Shown in pieces: positions 38,450 to 51,969 of a DNA stretch of 64,000 nucleotides. This stretch comes from Octopus sinensis (lineage: Eukaryota). The notes beneath the pieces were generated by a model. It did no database searches, was not told the origin of the DNA, and was given only the letters and a program-made list of their open reading frames with translations. Positions within the stretch are counted from its first letter, which is position 1. Each line of letters begins with the position of its first letter. The DNA is taken from positions 49,538,001 through 49,602,000 of the forward strand of contig NC_043006.1 of the NCBI RefSeq assembly GCF_006345805.1, in the 5' to 3' direction. A program made the position numbers and the translations under genes.

Positions 38450-38745
38450 GCGAATGGCTTAGTAGCTAGGGTATACGGCTCATGGTGTGAATTTGATTCC
38501 TGGCAGCTCGCTGCACCCTTCAGTTTACGAAGCACAAAACCACTCAACTACCAAAAATGAGTATCACCGTATTTTAAAGGGCCAGTCTTGTCACATTCTG
38601 TGTCGCACTGAATCTCTATGAGGACTACATTAAGGGTACACGTGTCTGTGGAGTGCTCAGCCACTTGCACGTTAATTTCATGAGCAGGCTATTCCGTTAA
38701 TCAAATCAACTGAAACACTCGTCGTCGTAATCGACGGAGTACCAG
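38450..38745 (+). mobile_element. tRNA-derived SINE
   Basis: TGGCTTAGTAG head; body matches 25623-25873 and 63170-63350 in the opposite orientation. Confidence 0.65.
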
Positions 38746-39110
38746 TAAACTACCTGTGGCCAGTTACAATATAAACTTCTACTACATGTTACATGTCCCT
38801 TTCTACAGAATAACCATCTACTTTATTCTGCTATAACAGCATACACCATATGGTGCAGTGTAACCATATACTAAATGCTAGAAGATAAACCGTATGTTAC
38901 ATGTTACTCATAATATATAAAAAAAGGCTGCTACATGTTACAATATAATCACCTGCTAGATGATAACATATAAAATGCCACATTGTAAAATATAACAATC
39001 CAATACATGATGTAATATGAAACATACTACACTTTTAAAATGTAAAATTTAATGGAAGTGGTACCAAAAGGTTTCCGTACTAGTTATGCTTAATAAAAAT
39101 AACTTATTTA

Positions 39111-39676
39111 CCGTAAATCCTCGAGTATAGTCTGCCCTTGAGTATAATACGCAGGGGAGTTTTAGGGGGCTGTACCTCTGAAAAGCCTAAACCTTGTGTA
39201 TAATACGCAAGGGATGTTTAGGGGGCAGTACATCTGAGAAACCTAAACATTGTGTATAATACGCACCCCTTCTCAAACTTGAGTCCAGGAGGTCTATATA
39301 ACGTCATTGGTTTGTAAAAATGTATAAGGTAACGTCCTTTATTATTAATGTATATATAACATAATGCAAACGTGTAGCTTTTTTATGCATTTTGTTTGCA
39401 GAAAATAAAGAAATAACAGTAATAATGTTTAATAAATGTTGCTTACTGCAAGTTATAGATGATTCTTTTATGACTTCATTGCTTTCAGGCTTAGCTTAAG
39501 CTATTTTCGCGCCCGACATCACAAAATGCGTCTGAATAAACGTTGCCAGACAACAAATAGAGACTCGGACATTGCTTAGAAAATAATTTTCATTTTTAAC
39601 CTCGTGTATAGTACGTACTAAGAATTTTGACCTTTAAATTTTGGGAAAAATGCGGATTATACTCGATGATTTACGG
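39111..39676. mobile_element. pogo/Tigger-like MITE, 566 bp
   Basis: TIRs CCGTAAATC(C/A)TCGAGTATA, flanked by TA at 39109-39110 and 39677-39678. Confidence 0.85.
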
Positions 39677-39684
39677 TACTTAAG

Positions 39685-40447
39685 TTTTAACATCATCACC
39701 TTCGAAATAGCTACCTTGCACAGCAATGCACTGGTTTTAGCGTTCTTGCCACTTTCGGAATCCGGCCTGGAAGTCGTTTCCGTAAGTGAGTTGAGAACGT
39801 CTGGATCTTGACAATGGTGTTAAAACGGCGACCTTTCAGCTACTTTTTCGTCTTGGGTTAAAGGCGGAAGTCCGCAGGCGCTAAATCTGACGAAGCGATA
39901 CTATGTTGTTTTTGTCGAGAAACTCACGCATGAGGAGAGCTCGGTGAAGAATTCAATTCTTTGCGCTCCACAGATCCGATCGCTTTCGCCGACTTTCCTC
40001 CTCCATTCAAAACGTCGCAGTAGAACTGTCGGTTGAAGGTCTGACCCTAAGGGACAAATTCTCGATGCACAATACCATATTTCCAAGGCTGACTCTCGTG
40101 GCAGGTCTTCCAGGTCGATCGTCGTCTTTCAGAGACTTTCTTTCGCTTTTAAAGCACCTGTGCCACTCAGAAACATTGCATACGAGCCATTGCCTCCCCG
40201 TCGCAGTAAGTTTTCCCAAACATGCTCAATGTCTCTGCAGCAGACTTCCCAATTTTAACGCAACATTTCAGGTTGGTTCTTCAGGTTGGTTCCTGTCCAT
40301 GAAAAAATCGCAGACTACATAGAAATTTCAGAACTTGCCAAGTAAATACACTGTTTCATGAAGGTTACTGCTAGCTCTCACTGCACACGCAACCATGTGT
40401 TGCCGTCTGTTGGCGCGCTACAGAAGTAGTCTGGGAACTTCCTGATA
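39685..40447 (-). mobile_element. Internally deleted mariner relic
   Basis: Minus-strand VSEWHRCFKSERKSLKDDDRPGRPAT (mariner HTH region) and a decayed C-terminal segment. Confidence 0.7.
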
Positions 40448-40454
40448 CTTACTA

Positions 40455-40718
40455 CTTGCTATATGTTCCTTCTTCCTTCTCGAGCCATGCCAGGCTCATA
40501 AGGGCCGGTTTCCCGGTTTCAGGGGCGTAGAAATTCCCCACCTTGACGGGACGCCAGTCCGTCGCAGGATTACTCACTTTTGCCAGCTGAGTGGACTGGA
40601 GCAAGGTGAAATGAAGTGTTTTGCTCAAGAACACAATGCATCGCCCGATCCAGGAATCGAAATCACAACCTTACGATCATGAGTTCAACACCTTAGCTAC
40701 TAAGCCATGCGCCTCCAC
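40455..40718 (-). mobile_element. tRNA-derived SINE (GGCGCATGGCT type)
   Basis: Reverse complement of the 640-type head and TTGAGCAAAACACTT domain. Confidence 0.8.
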
Positions 40719-40819
40719 TTGCTATATGGTTAGCATATGGTATAAATCTTTGAATTGTTTCAGTCTCAAAGCTGCGGACATGCTGGGGCACTACCGTTGG
40801 TATGTTAGAATATAAAACT

Positions 40820-41475
40820 TTAACCACGTATATATAAATATAAACAAACTGACATTTGTTTTTTATAAGCACCAAAATGTGTATAAGAAACAAATAAAAT
40901 GATAATTTATTTTCGAATGCAGAAACGCCGCTAAAAGAATAGAAACATAAGGTAAATTACCCTTACAAAGAGGAAAAAATTTGTCAACAGACGACCATGG
41001 GACCCGAATCCATATCTCTTGATATGACCCCGGCCAAGTGCTTTACCATTAAGCTAAATTGCCGGCCAACAAATTAACCTGCTTTTTAGATGCTTTTAAA
41101 ACTAAATGTCTAACAAGCGGAAAAAATTGTTAACAGACAACTATGAGTAATTTACCCAATGTTTTTGCTGTTCAAACGGTGTCTCTGCGTTCGAAAATAA
41201 ATTGTCATCACATTTCAGGGGTTATAAAAAAACAAATGTTAGTTTGTTTATATTCATACACACGTGGTTGCACATTCAGCTTTAAAAGCGTTTAAAAAGC
41301 GGATTAATTTGTCAGCGGGCAGTTTAGCTTAATGGTAAAGCACTTGGCCGGAGTTATAAGGGTTCGAGTCCCATAGCTGTCTGTTGACAAATTCTTCCGC
41401 TTTGTAAAAGTAATTCACCCAATATTTCTACTGCTTTAACGGCGTCTCTGCATTCGAAAATAAATTATTATCTTA
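40820..41475. repeat. Unit of about 290 bp with a tRNA-like head, in inverted and tandem-permuted copies
   Basis: 40820-41110 is the reverse complement of 41150-41475 (permuted); A-box TAGCTTAATGG and B-box GGTTCGAGTCC at about 41325-41372. Confidence 0.7.
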
Positions 41476-42525
41476 TTTGTATCTTAATATACTACTTTAA
41501 GACGTAATCAACTGATGAATATTATATTAAACAGCTACCACATAGTGAATATTAAAGTGGAATTCAAATATGTGCCATAATTTGAAGTGCCTACTACATG
41601 TTGCTATATAAACATGATCAAACATTTGCCACGTCTTTGCTTTTGTTGCGTGTTTGAATGTCATGATTTACAATATGTTGCAGTAAAATCATGTGGTACA
41701 TGCTACGAGATAAACGGAAATAGTCAAAATAAATTATGCAAGTGAATAAACGTCATCAAATTTCATTGGTTTAACTATTAATGATATAGCAAGCAGCAGA
41801 GCCACATTCTACAGATAGTGTGTGCGTGAGAGTGAGAGAGAGGGAAGGGGAGATAGAGAGAGAGAGAGAGAGACACAAAGAAAGAGAGAGAAATGAAGAG
41901 TAACAAGGAAATGACATTCAGCACAGAAGAGTTCTGGAAATAACATGAATTTCCAAATAATAAACGAAAAAATATTAAGCTAAGTGAAATATCCGGAAAA
42001 CTGATAAAAAAAAATTCAATTTTAAAAAGTTATAAAGCAGAATTAAACCAAGTTAAGAAAGACTTGTAACTGAACAAAAACTTGAAATGTTTTAAAATTA
42101 TAAAGTATGGTGAATGTAAGAGGGAAGTAAAAAGAGATGGTATCATGAAATTTTTTAAAAATCGGTAGTAAAAATTAGAAATATCAAATCTTTGAAACTT
42201 GAAGAAGAAAAGCTCTCAAATCAAAGATATGGTCGGTAAAAGAAATGACTTGAAAATACCATTTGGTGTACTTGAAACTGGAAAATAGATAATCAAATAA
42301 CAAATTGGGCGGCAATATTTAATGGTTACAAAATTAAAGAGATAAATACAGATATGCGGTAAAAACAACAAAAAACAAGGCCGTAGGAAAATAATATTAG
42401 TTGGTAACTAGTATTATCATTTTCTACAGTTCTATATTTTCTACAGTTCTATATTTAAGCGATGAGGAATTATGTACATTATTTACACTATTTACATTTG
42501 ACGGATATTTGTCATCTTTGTTGTT

Positions 42526-42572
42526 GACACAACGTTTCGGCTGATATACACCTTCAGCCTTCATCAGGTGCC
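42526..42572 (-). ncRNA. Minimal type I hammerhead ribozyme
   Basis: GGCAC-CUGAUGA-A-GGCUGA(9-nt loop)UCAGCC-GAAA-CGUU-GUGUC; stem I has 5 bp with one GU, stem II is a perfect 6 bp, stem III is the palindromic ACGU. Confidence 0.75.
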
Positions 42573-42621
42573 TTGGGGAAATTTCGAACCTGAGTTCTCA
42601 TTCCTAAGGTACTTTTCGATG

Positions 42622-42715
<94 letters not shown>

Positions 42716-42861
42716 TCACTGCTTGGAATCGAACTCGGAATCTTGGGATTAGTAACCTGCGCTCTTAACCACTACACCATATGCCACGACGGGCTTATGG
42801 CGTAGTGGTTAAGAGCGCGGACTACTAACCCCAAGATTCCGAGTTCGATTCGAAGCAGTGA

Positions 42862-42933
<72 letters not shown>

Positions 42934-43003
42934 TAATAATAATAATAATAACAACATCGAAAAATACCTTAGGAATGAGAACTCAGGTTCGAAATTTCCC
43001 CAA

Positions 43004-43049
43004 GACACCTGATGAAGTCTGGATGGTATATAAGCCGAAACGTTGTGTC
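43004..43049 (+). ncRNA. Minimal type I hammerhead ribozyme with weakened stem II
   Basis: GACAC-CUGAUGA-A-GUCUGG..UAAGCC-GAAA-CGUU-GUGUC; perfect 5-bp stem I, two mismatches in stem II. Confidence 0.65.
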
Positions 43050-44837
43050 AACAACAAAAATGACAAATATCCGTCAAATGTAAATAGTGTAAATAATGGG
43101 AATTTAGTTCGTTGTTCTACTGTTTCTTTCAAGTTTGCTACCTGGAAATAAAAACAATAAGAATGCAACTGCAATATCAGCTTTGTGGTATTTGTTTTTA
43201 CTTTTTAGTGAGAAGGAAGGCATCCGCAGGGCCTGAAGACAGACTGGAGGGAGAATGATATCTTCAAACCAGGCAACTGGCCCGGTTTCTTGCAACTAAG
43301 TGAATACCGCTGAAAGCACCCGAGGTGCAAGAATGTGTTATTGAACCGGATGACGGTTTTAGCTGAACACTCATAAAAGGCATGATAGGATTTGGACTCA
43401 GAATGCAGAGAAACGGAACAACTATTGCAAGAGCATCTAGTCCAACGTTTTTACATTTCCGATAATGCACACCCGGGATTGGTTGTTTTTTTTTTCGACA
43501 CCAAAAAAGGCAGGATTCGAACTCAGAATGTAGGGAATCGGAATAAATACTGCGAGGCATTATATCCGACGCTCTAACGACGCTGCCAAATCGCTGCCTG
43601 AGAATGGCATTAAAATGGAAGTGGAATTAAACAATAACTCGCATTTGAGATAAATATTATTTATTCGTTGGAACAAAAGTTTACAACAATTGGGTATAGA
43701 TAGGAAATTTTCTTCTATAAAAGTTTATAAACACTGATTAGCCGACTTCTTTATATAGCATCCATTTTTTTTTACAGAAGAGCCAATCAGAGAAGTTGGT
43801 TAGAATGAGAAGAAAATGTTTGTTGTTTCAGTTGATTTAATGAAAACTTTTTGTAGAATATTTAAAAGATGACAGAATATCAATCACAGCAACAATTTAA
43901 CAATATTATACTGACCATACTAAATATACCAACCATGCTATTTATGCGACACCAACCACGTTATGGAAGGTATCACACCTTACACTCTGACACCCACTAG
44001 AACATTAAACATACCACACCAATCAGCCCCGCATCGATCAATCATACTCGTCAAAAGTCATCAAGGATGTCACATCAAGTAGCCAAACTAGTTACATGGA
44101 ATTAACAAGGGGGTCCCAATGTAGACGTTCGACTGCTGAAAATAACAGCTAAATTTCCTTCAAACCACACACTACTGTTTGAGACGGTTGAAAACGCATA
44201 TGATGACAGGAGGGACTCGGAATTAAGCAAAATCATATCCCGTTAATCACTGTACCTCAATTGTATACCAATAAACAGAGACCTATTTCAATTTGTATCT
44301 TTAAAATTACACTTAAAAGTTGTTGTCGACAGAGAGGTACCTAATTAACTAATGTCTCACTTGCTGTATAGTAATTAATTACAAGGATTTCGCAGTTATC
44401 TCCCTTGCTTCTGGTAACATGAATTATCATTAGCATTGATCATTCTTTTCATAACAGTGTTATGCTTTTGTCAGAGGATCTCGGTAACAGGTTGGAGACC
44501 TGGTCTGAATGATTCCAACAGAATGTACGCCCCTAATGACACTCAAGGACCAGAGAGTGGTATTAAACCAGATGACATGTAATCTACCACATTTAATCCA
44601 TCCGATGGCTTCCAAACAGTTTCAACCTGCAAACTTTATTCACAAGGTTTGGGTCAACCTGAGACCATGACAGCAAACACTTTCCATAGGTATTGGAACT
44701 TATATCAAACCTGAATCAATACATCTGCGAAGTGAATCTTTTAACTACGCAGTCATAATTATGTCCATGAAATTAAAATTTTTTCTTCTGGACCGCTACA
44801 TTGAATATGTTATCTTCTAACACACATTTATATTACA

Positions 44838-45341
44838 CGAGCAGTATCGCCCGGCGTTGCTCGGGTTTGTAAGGGAAATAACTATATAAGCATTATATAA
44901 GCACCTTATAGATGCCAATTCGGGCTTTCTTAGCCATTTCTGTTTTGGTGTCTTCAAGCCATGAAGTCGTTGTTCTAAAAGAAAGCTGGTCTCCTTGACA
45001 ACGCTTTACGACGTTGATTTCCTTACACTCCCTTCCCCACAGCTTCACGAGGGAGGGAAGAAGGGGGAGAAGCAAACAGGTGCAGGTGTGACCATGGACG
45101 CCAACTCCGCCGCCATCGACACACGAAAAATTATGCATTAAAATGGAATAAAATGATGTTAAATTATTTTAAAAATCGTAGACTCATCGTAGACGCGCGC
45201 TAATACTCAGACGGGCTCGATATGAATCACGACTATAAGATACCCGAATTTGGTTAAACTGCACCGTAAAATGTGGGAGTAGTTAGGAATCTAAATCGAA
45301 GGGGACAGACACTCACACAACTACAGTTTTATATATATAGA
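44838..45341 (-). mobile_element. Helitron family B, 504-bp deletion derivative
   Basis: A|TC start; the same hairpin; end mutated to CTCG|T; matches both ends of 27358-28273. Confidence 0.82.
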
Positions 45342-45799
45342 TGTATACGGGCCTTTTAACTGTTTAAAGAGCGCTCACTTTATAAGATAATATGAGAATA
45401 AATTTCGTTTGTTTGAAGCAAAATTAACAATAACTACATTATCAGCATCAAAGACCGCGTGATAATCAAGTTCATATGAGTGATAATGTTTTATTTTCTG
45501 TAGATAGGGAGCTAATGTTTTTCTTTCACTTTTAGTAAAAATAGTTGACTACAATGAATGTCAGTTTATTCCTAGTTCGATTTTCCACTAACAATAGATT
45601 GTTTTTTTTCTTTCTTTCAACTCTTTCGAAATATTTAAAAGTAAAGATAGGGTATGAATATTAGTAAGATGTTCATTTTTGCGTTTGTTTTTCTCTCATA
45701 CATATTAACGGCCATATTATACAGAATATATTTTGATTGCTAAGAGATATAATCAATTGTGTCCACCTCATATGAGTATAATTTAAACGTGTTAATGAA

Positions 45800-46340
45800 A
45801 GAGCTGCCTCCATGCAGTCTACTGACATGCTAAAAATAGTTACCAAATCTACTCATATCACGCTAGAAACGAAGGCGTTTGCGTTGATTAAAAACGTGCT
45901 CAAGGCACAGAAAGATTTAGCCCTACTTGACAATCGTTTCACTTGCTCAATCCTACATGACCTCTTTTACATACGTAAGACATGGGAAATTACGAAGAAG
46001 GAAGATCATCCACTTGATACGACACAGGTGATCATGGAAAGCGCCGTATTAGTAATTTTATTGCGGAGCATATCGGAAACGAGATAAATTGTGAAGGGAG
46101 TAAAATGAGCGATGTGACTGCGGAACACTAAAAACACAAGCTCCCGAATTCCGTGGGGCCGGACGTACAGCAAAAGCAACAGACAACAAGTGGGTCCGTG
46201 CAGTTGTCGAGTGATATCAAAGAGATCAGAAGACACGCCTCTGGAGATCTTTAAGGTTATGGAAAAACTTCGAGCCCATTGGAAGAGAAGGGCGCAATCG
46301 CGGGAGGAATGGAAGCGCAACGTGGCCAGAGATGAATGAA
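45800..46340 (+). mobile_element. Decayed RTE LINE 3' fragment
   Basis: ILHDLFYIRKTWEITKKEDHPL and AGRTAKATDNKW..AQSREEWKR resemble the RTE C-terminus. Confidence 0.65.
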
Positions 46341-47336
46341 GTCATCTGATTGTCTATTGGATGCAGAAATATCTATCTGTCTATGGATGTATGTATGTAT
46401 GTAGTATGTATGTATTTATGTCTGTTGGTCTTTCCCCCTCCTTCTCTCTCTATATATATGTATGTGTGTGTGTGTGTGTACTTGGCTGATGTTCAGGTTT
46501 AACTACTACAGATTGATTGTCAGAGTGGAAGATATGAGCAATGAGTGGATTTTAGAGTGGTTCGCTTCTGAAAAGGAAGAAACGAACCATTTCCTGGTTG
46601 GTGGTGTTTAGAATCAGATCAAAATTTATTGAGCAAAACTGTGAATAAAGACGTCACAGACTTGACAAAAATATTCAATTTTCATACATAGGGACTCAAT
46701 GATTATATATTTTGATTGTCTTTCTTATTTTAACAGGCTAATACATAGTTTTAAAAAATTCGATTCTTTGGAGATTACAAATTGATTTTTTTTTTTTGCC
46801 AATCAGTTTTACTAATCAGTTTTGCCACTCAATTTTACCAATCAGTTTTACCATTCCAATTTAATTTTTTTCTAACATTGTAATTATGCCAACGTTATTT
46901 AATATGTCGTTTGCTTTTTGGAAAAGTATTCAAGAAAGATTTGGCTGATACTTATAGCAGATCGAGTAGTACATTAGAGGGCACCTGAAAATGTTTAGCA
47001 CCAGGGGGAATCTTATAACTGAAAAAGAACAACATCACTAATAAAAAGACCCAATGAAAATGATAAAAGTGAATATAAGCAATACACGGCTGCAGAGTAA
47101 AAAGTTGGTATTATTTTATCGATGCTCGAAGTGACAGAGGCCAGAAATTACACTTTTTTCCTAAGTTAGGCAATATTCACATTACAAAACGACAATAGCT
47201 AACGTGTTTTACATTTTGACATAATTCTACTAAGACAGAAGACAGGTTTTGACGCAAAGTTTGATAATAAAACTGAAAAGATAACGATATATTAAAACCT
47301 CTAAGATTCTGCTACCTTCTATTGATAATCACCAAT

Positions 47337-47392
<56 letters not shown>

Positions 47393-47613
47393 TATATATA
47401 TATATACATACATACATACATACATAATACATACATACATACATACATACATATGCCTTTGTATGCAGTCAATTCGAGGATGTTAGATTCACTTTAGGGA
47501 TTAAATAATCCCCAAAATTCCACTGGTTAATCACTATCATATAAGGAGAAATTCTCGAAGATATATTAGGGATTATTATTGTAATACATATTAATATTGA
47601 AAGAAAGAAAATG

Positions 47614-48246
47614 GAGAAATATGGATGTATAAATAATTTATTTGTATGATATAAAATTGTTGAAATTTTTTTTTATATACTAACAATACAAATAAATTAT
47701 AAGTTGTGGAGCTCTAAAAGAAATGGCAGACGCGAAAAATCTACATATATGTTTCAGTTCATTCTCTTAGGTGATACAAATAAATTATAAGTTGTAGAGC
47801 TTTAAAAGAAATGGCAGATGGGAAGAACGTACATATATGTTTCGATTCATGCTCTTAGGTGATACGTAATTCTAAGTATTTGGTCATATGCTAAGAATAG
47901 TTATCATTTTCAACTATATGGGGCAGAATCTCGTCAGGGTTTTAAGAACTTATAGAACAAAGGTTAACATATTTCTTGAAAGGACGCATACAAAAGACTC
48001 TTAAAAAGCTCTTAAAAACCTGATGAGATTCTGCCCCATATAGCTGAAAATGATACCAATTCTTAGCATATGACCAAATGTTTAGAATTACGTATCACCT
48101 AGGGACATGAATCAAAACACAAATGTAGGTTTTTCGCATCTGCCATGTCTTTTACAACTGTACAACTTATTTGTATTGTTATTACATAAAAAAATTTCAA
48201 TATTTCTCTATCATACAAATAAATTGTTTATACATCCATATTTCTC
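47614..48246. mobile_element. Foldback/MITE-like element with long imperfect TIRs
   Basis: GAGAAATATGGATGTATA...TATACATCCATATTTCTC; arms of about 250 bp; tandem duplication of about 89 bp in the left arm. Confidence 0.7.
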
Positions 48247-48277
48247 TTCAATATGCATATGTATATATATATATATT

Positions 48278-48343
<66 letters not shown>

Positions 48344-48729
48344 TATATATATACATCATACGCATACATATACAAACACACATCAAATATTGAATTATAT
48401 TAACAAGGTAAAATGAATACATATCTTTTACTTAAGAAAAATTCAATACAGATGTTAAGTCAAAACATTTCAAAGTTTCAACCCTGCTGGGTTTTAACCC
48501 CTCAGTGTGACAAAGAGGCAGTAATAAAACCTCAATGTCGGCGTCATACTTATATATATATATATATATATATATAGTTTAGATAACTTAGATATGTTTC
48601 AACCAAAGATTGGTCCAGGCCATGTCTAACTTACTAGCACCACCTGATAGGATTAGCTAAATCCTTTTAAAGTCAAGTTTTGTGGTATCACGGTCCATTC
48701 TAGAGTAGGGAGTTCGTGTTGAGTGAGTC

Positions 48730-49400
48730 GAATTCAGGTACAAGTGGCTTATCTAGTATTCTTTGAAGAAATTTGCCCAGATTCCGTTTAAAGGTGATGG
48801 GATCCTTTTCCTCTTTCACCTGTTTCGGGATAATGTTAAATTGGGTAGGGCCTGTTGAGGAAAAGAAATTGTATTGCAGTGTATTTATGTGTTGTGATTC
48901 TGAATTGCGTTGAGGAAGTATAGCCCGTGGTCCTAGCTTCGGCTGAATTTTGAGGCCAATGTTGAGCTCATGTGGACAATGCTGATGGTATATTGTTCAC
49001 ACCGTACAAATGATGTATCGCTCACGGCGGCGCTGGAGAGAATAGAGTTTCAATGTTTTCAGGCGGTCCCAATAATCGAGATCAGTCATGCCCTTAATTC
49101 TTTTAGTGAATGATCGCCAGGGTGATTCAATTTTCGAAATGTTTTGTTTTTTATGGGGAGATCACAGAAGGCAGCAGTATTCAAGGTGTGGCCGTACAAA
49201 GGAGGAGAAAAGAGGAATGATGACACCTTGTTGTCTGGACCGGAAGGATCCAGGAGCTAATCCCACGAGCTATATCTACCTGTTATCAACAATTACTCTC
49301 AGGTCTCTGATATTATTAGATGCGTGAGTGGTTATACTGAAGGAAGAAAGTATGGCTGTTTTAGCAAAGTCTTTCTTCCAAAATGCATCAGCTCAAATTT
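48730..49400 (-). mobile_element. Decayed CR1-clade LINE 3' fragment
   Basis: Minus-strand FVRPHLEYCC..LKTLKLYSLQRRRERY. Confidence 0.75.
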
Positions 49401-49959
49401 TCCCTCTTTAGTTACATTTTGTTTTTGCCTGCCCATTGACTCACAGCATGTAAATCAGACTGGATTTCAGTTCGGTCTTCTTCTTCGTTGATAATTTTCT
49501 GGTGTTTAGAATCATCAGCGAATGTATATATACATCTGGAGCTTAGAGTCATCAGTGAATGTATATGCACATCTGGAGCTTAGAGTCATCAGCGAATGTA
49601 TATATACATCTTTCTGTCTGTCTGTCTGTCTATCTGTCTATCTGTCTGTCTGTCTATCTGTCTGTCTGTCTGTTTGTCTGTCTATCTGTTCCTTCTCTCT
49701 CTCCCTCCCTCTTAAGAATAACTACACATGGAATAATGTGGTCAAATGGACCATGACAAGGAAAAGTAAAGGATGATCACAACAGGAATGCATTTGATCA
49801 TAAGCCTACTGGATCAAGACTGACCTAGGGATAAACAACAACTAAAGTTGATTAAATTCTTGGCTCAAGTATCTTAAGCAGTGTCTGTTTCTTTACTGGA
49901 ACTCGTGTATGTTTGCTTTTTTAATTTTTGAGGGGATTAACATTTCGTATACAGTAGGT

Positions 49960-50426
49960 GCAACTGTATAGTTCCGAGTTCAATCCTGTAGTGTAGCACT
50001 TTAATCAAGTGTTTTCTGTCATAGCACCAGGTTGATCAATGCCTTGTGAGTGGTAATTTCGTTGAGAGAAACTACAGAAGTCTGTTATGCCCCTGCCTTT
50101 CTCAAAACTTTTTGTCTTGCGAGTTACGTGGTTACCCTGCCAGTGCTGGTGCCACGTAAAAAGCATCCAGTCCACACTGCGAAGTGATTGGCATTTGGAA
50201 GGGAATCCAGCTGTAAAAATCATGCCAAAACTTACCTCGCCTGTACTAGTGCCACATAAAAAGCACTGGGTCCACCCTGAAGAGTTGGTGTCAGGAAGGG
50301 CATCCAGCCGTAAAAACACTGCCAAACGGATACAATAGACTGGGGGTAGTGTTTTACTTGGCCGGCTCCTGTCAACAGTCCTACCCATGCATGCATGGAA
50401 GACGGACATTAAACGATGATGATGAT
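49960..50426 (+). mobile_element. SINE with a duplicated GGAAGGG(C/A)ATCCAG domain and GAC(A/G)TTAAACGATGATGATG tail
   Basis: Same body and tail as the 10368-10665 fragment. Confidence 0.7.
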
Positions 50427-51215
50427 ACGTATGTATATATTCATTCATTCGTTATTAGGGGTGGAGACAGTATTAATTCAAATTAGCAATCTGTTTATAA
50501 TGCATTAAGAAACTACACTGTTAAGAGCATTCTAAACTACAGTGCTCATCTCAAAAAGAAGCATCCCTTATAGACATATAGTGTTAAAAAACACAGAAAT
50601 ATATCAGCAACACATGGAAAATATCCAGCAGGTACATTGCTAAATCCAGATTTCTGCTTCTTTGAGCTTCATCAGTAGCAAGTATCCACTAGCATTATAT
50701 GCTGAGTGAAAATCAGCCAGTTGCTGTATCAGCCAAAGCTAGATGTGTGTGTTACTTATGTGTATCTGTCACTTATATGTATCTGTGAAGGATAGGATGT
50801 AAACATCAGCAAAAATGAATATATTAATAAAAGTGTCACTGTTGTACTCTCATTGACCCTTACTGTCAAAAATTTATCGAGTCGGCGATTGACTTATTAG
50901 AAAGCTATTATCAAGGATGCCATTGTCCATAAACAATGTAAAATCAAAAACAAACAAAAAAAAAACATCAACAAGTAATACCTACAATCATACAGAGATA
51001 AGCCCATTGTTTAAAAATATTTCCCCCGGATTGTAGATATCGCCCAAATCATATCTAATTATACCCATGGATAAATTTTCTTCACTCATACCATCAAATT
51101 AATTATCTAAACATTGTAATATTTTCTGAAATTTTTGTAAACCTCTCGTTCCCACAACACGCAATTCATAGCGAACATATGATTGATATCAACACACACA
51201 TACACACATATTATA

Positions 51216-51273
<58 letters not shown>

Positions 51274-51294
51274 ATATATGTATTTGTGTGTCTG

Positions 51295-51915
51295 TCTGTT
51301 TCCCCGCCATCACTTGACAACCAATGCGTGGTTGTCCCGAAACTTAGCGGTTCGGCAAAATAACGATAGAATAAGTACTAAGCTCCTGGGGATGATTTCT
51401 TCGACTAACATCATTTAAGGCGATGCTCCAGCATAGCCGCAATCAAATGACTGAAACAAGAAAATGATAAAAAAAGAATAAAAGAAGATATATATATATG
51501 TGTGTGTGTGTGTGTGTATGTGTGTGTGTGTGTGCTTGTGTGTGCATGTATGTATGCACGATGCTACTGTGTGGTAAGAAGCTTTAGTCGAACAAATCGA
51601 TCCCATTACTTATTCTTTGTAAGCCCAGTACTTATTCTATCGGTCTCTTTTGCCGAACCGCTAAGTTTACCGGGACATAAACACACCAGCATTGGTTGTC
51701 AAGCGATGGTGGGGACAAACACAAACACGCACGCACGCACGCACGCACACACATCTATACAATGGGCTACTTTCAGTTTCCATATACACTTACAAGGCTT
51801 TGGTCGGCCCGAGGCTGTAGTAGAAGGCACTTGCCCAAGGTGCCATGCAGTGGGACTGAACTCGGAACCATGTGGTTGGTGAGCAAGCTTCTTACCACAC
51901 AATCACTCATGTGCC
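51295..51915. mobile_element. Two tail-to-tail partial SINEs (+ at 51295-51480, - at 51585-51915)
   Basis: Segments of the GGCGCAGG-type SINE on both strands around a (TG)n tract. Confidence 0.7.

Positions 51916-51969
<54 letters not shown>

Larger units (their letters stand above)
42477..43097. mobile_element. Head-to-head inverted pair of a small tRNA-head/(TAA)n/hammerhead element
   Basis: Arms of about 310 bp around a 6-nt spacer (42786-42791). Confidence 0.85.

Noticed and set aside
41318-41380. tRNA genes at the tRNA-like heads (also 640, 42792 and others)
   Set aside because: A and B boxes are present, but I could not build a full cloverleaf with an acceptor stem, and each head is fused to a repeat body.
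45490-45540. TTTTCTGTAG|ATAGGG..ATG as a fourth paralog exon
   Set aside because: The ATG is followed by a stop after six codons and there is no similarity to the signal exon.
46520-46610. Purine-rich possible exon (EDMSNEWILEWFASEKEE)
   Set aside because: Short, with weak splice sites, no partner exon and no recognisable motif.
48019-48050. CTGATGAG...GAAA inside the foldback element
   Set aside because: No pairing for stem II or stem I, and the mirror arm has CTGACGAG...TTGAAA; likely chance.
49515-49610. 39-bp tandem repeat (about 2.6 copies) as a CRISPR-like array
   Set aside because: There are no unique spacers and the context is eukaryotic; it is an ordinary minisatellite.
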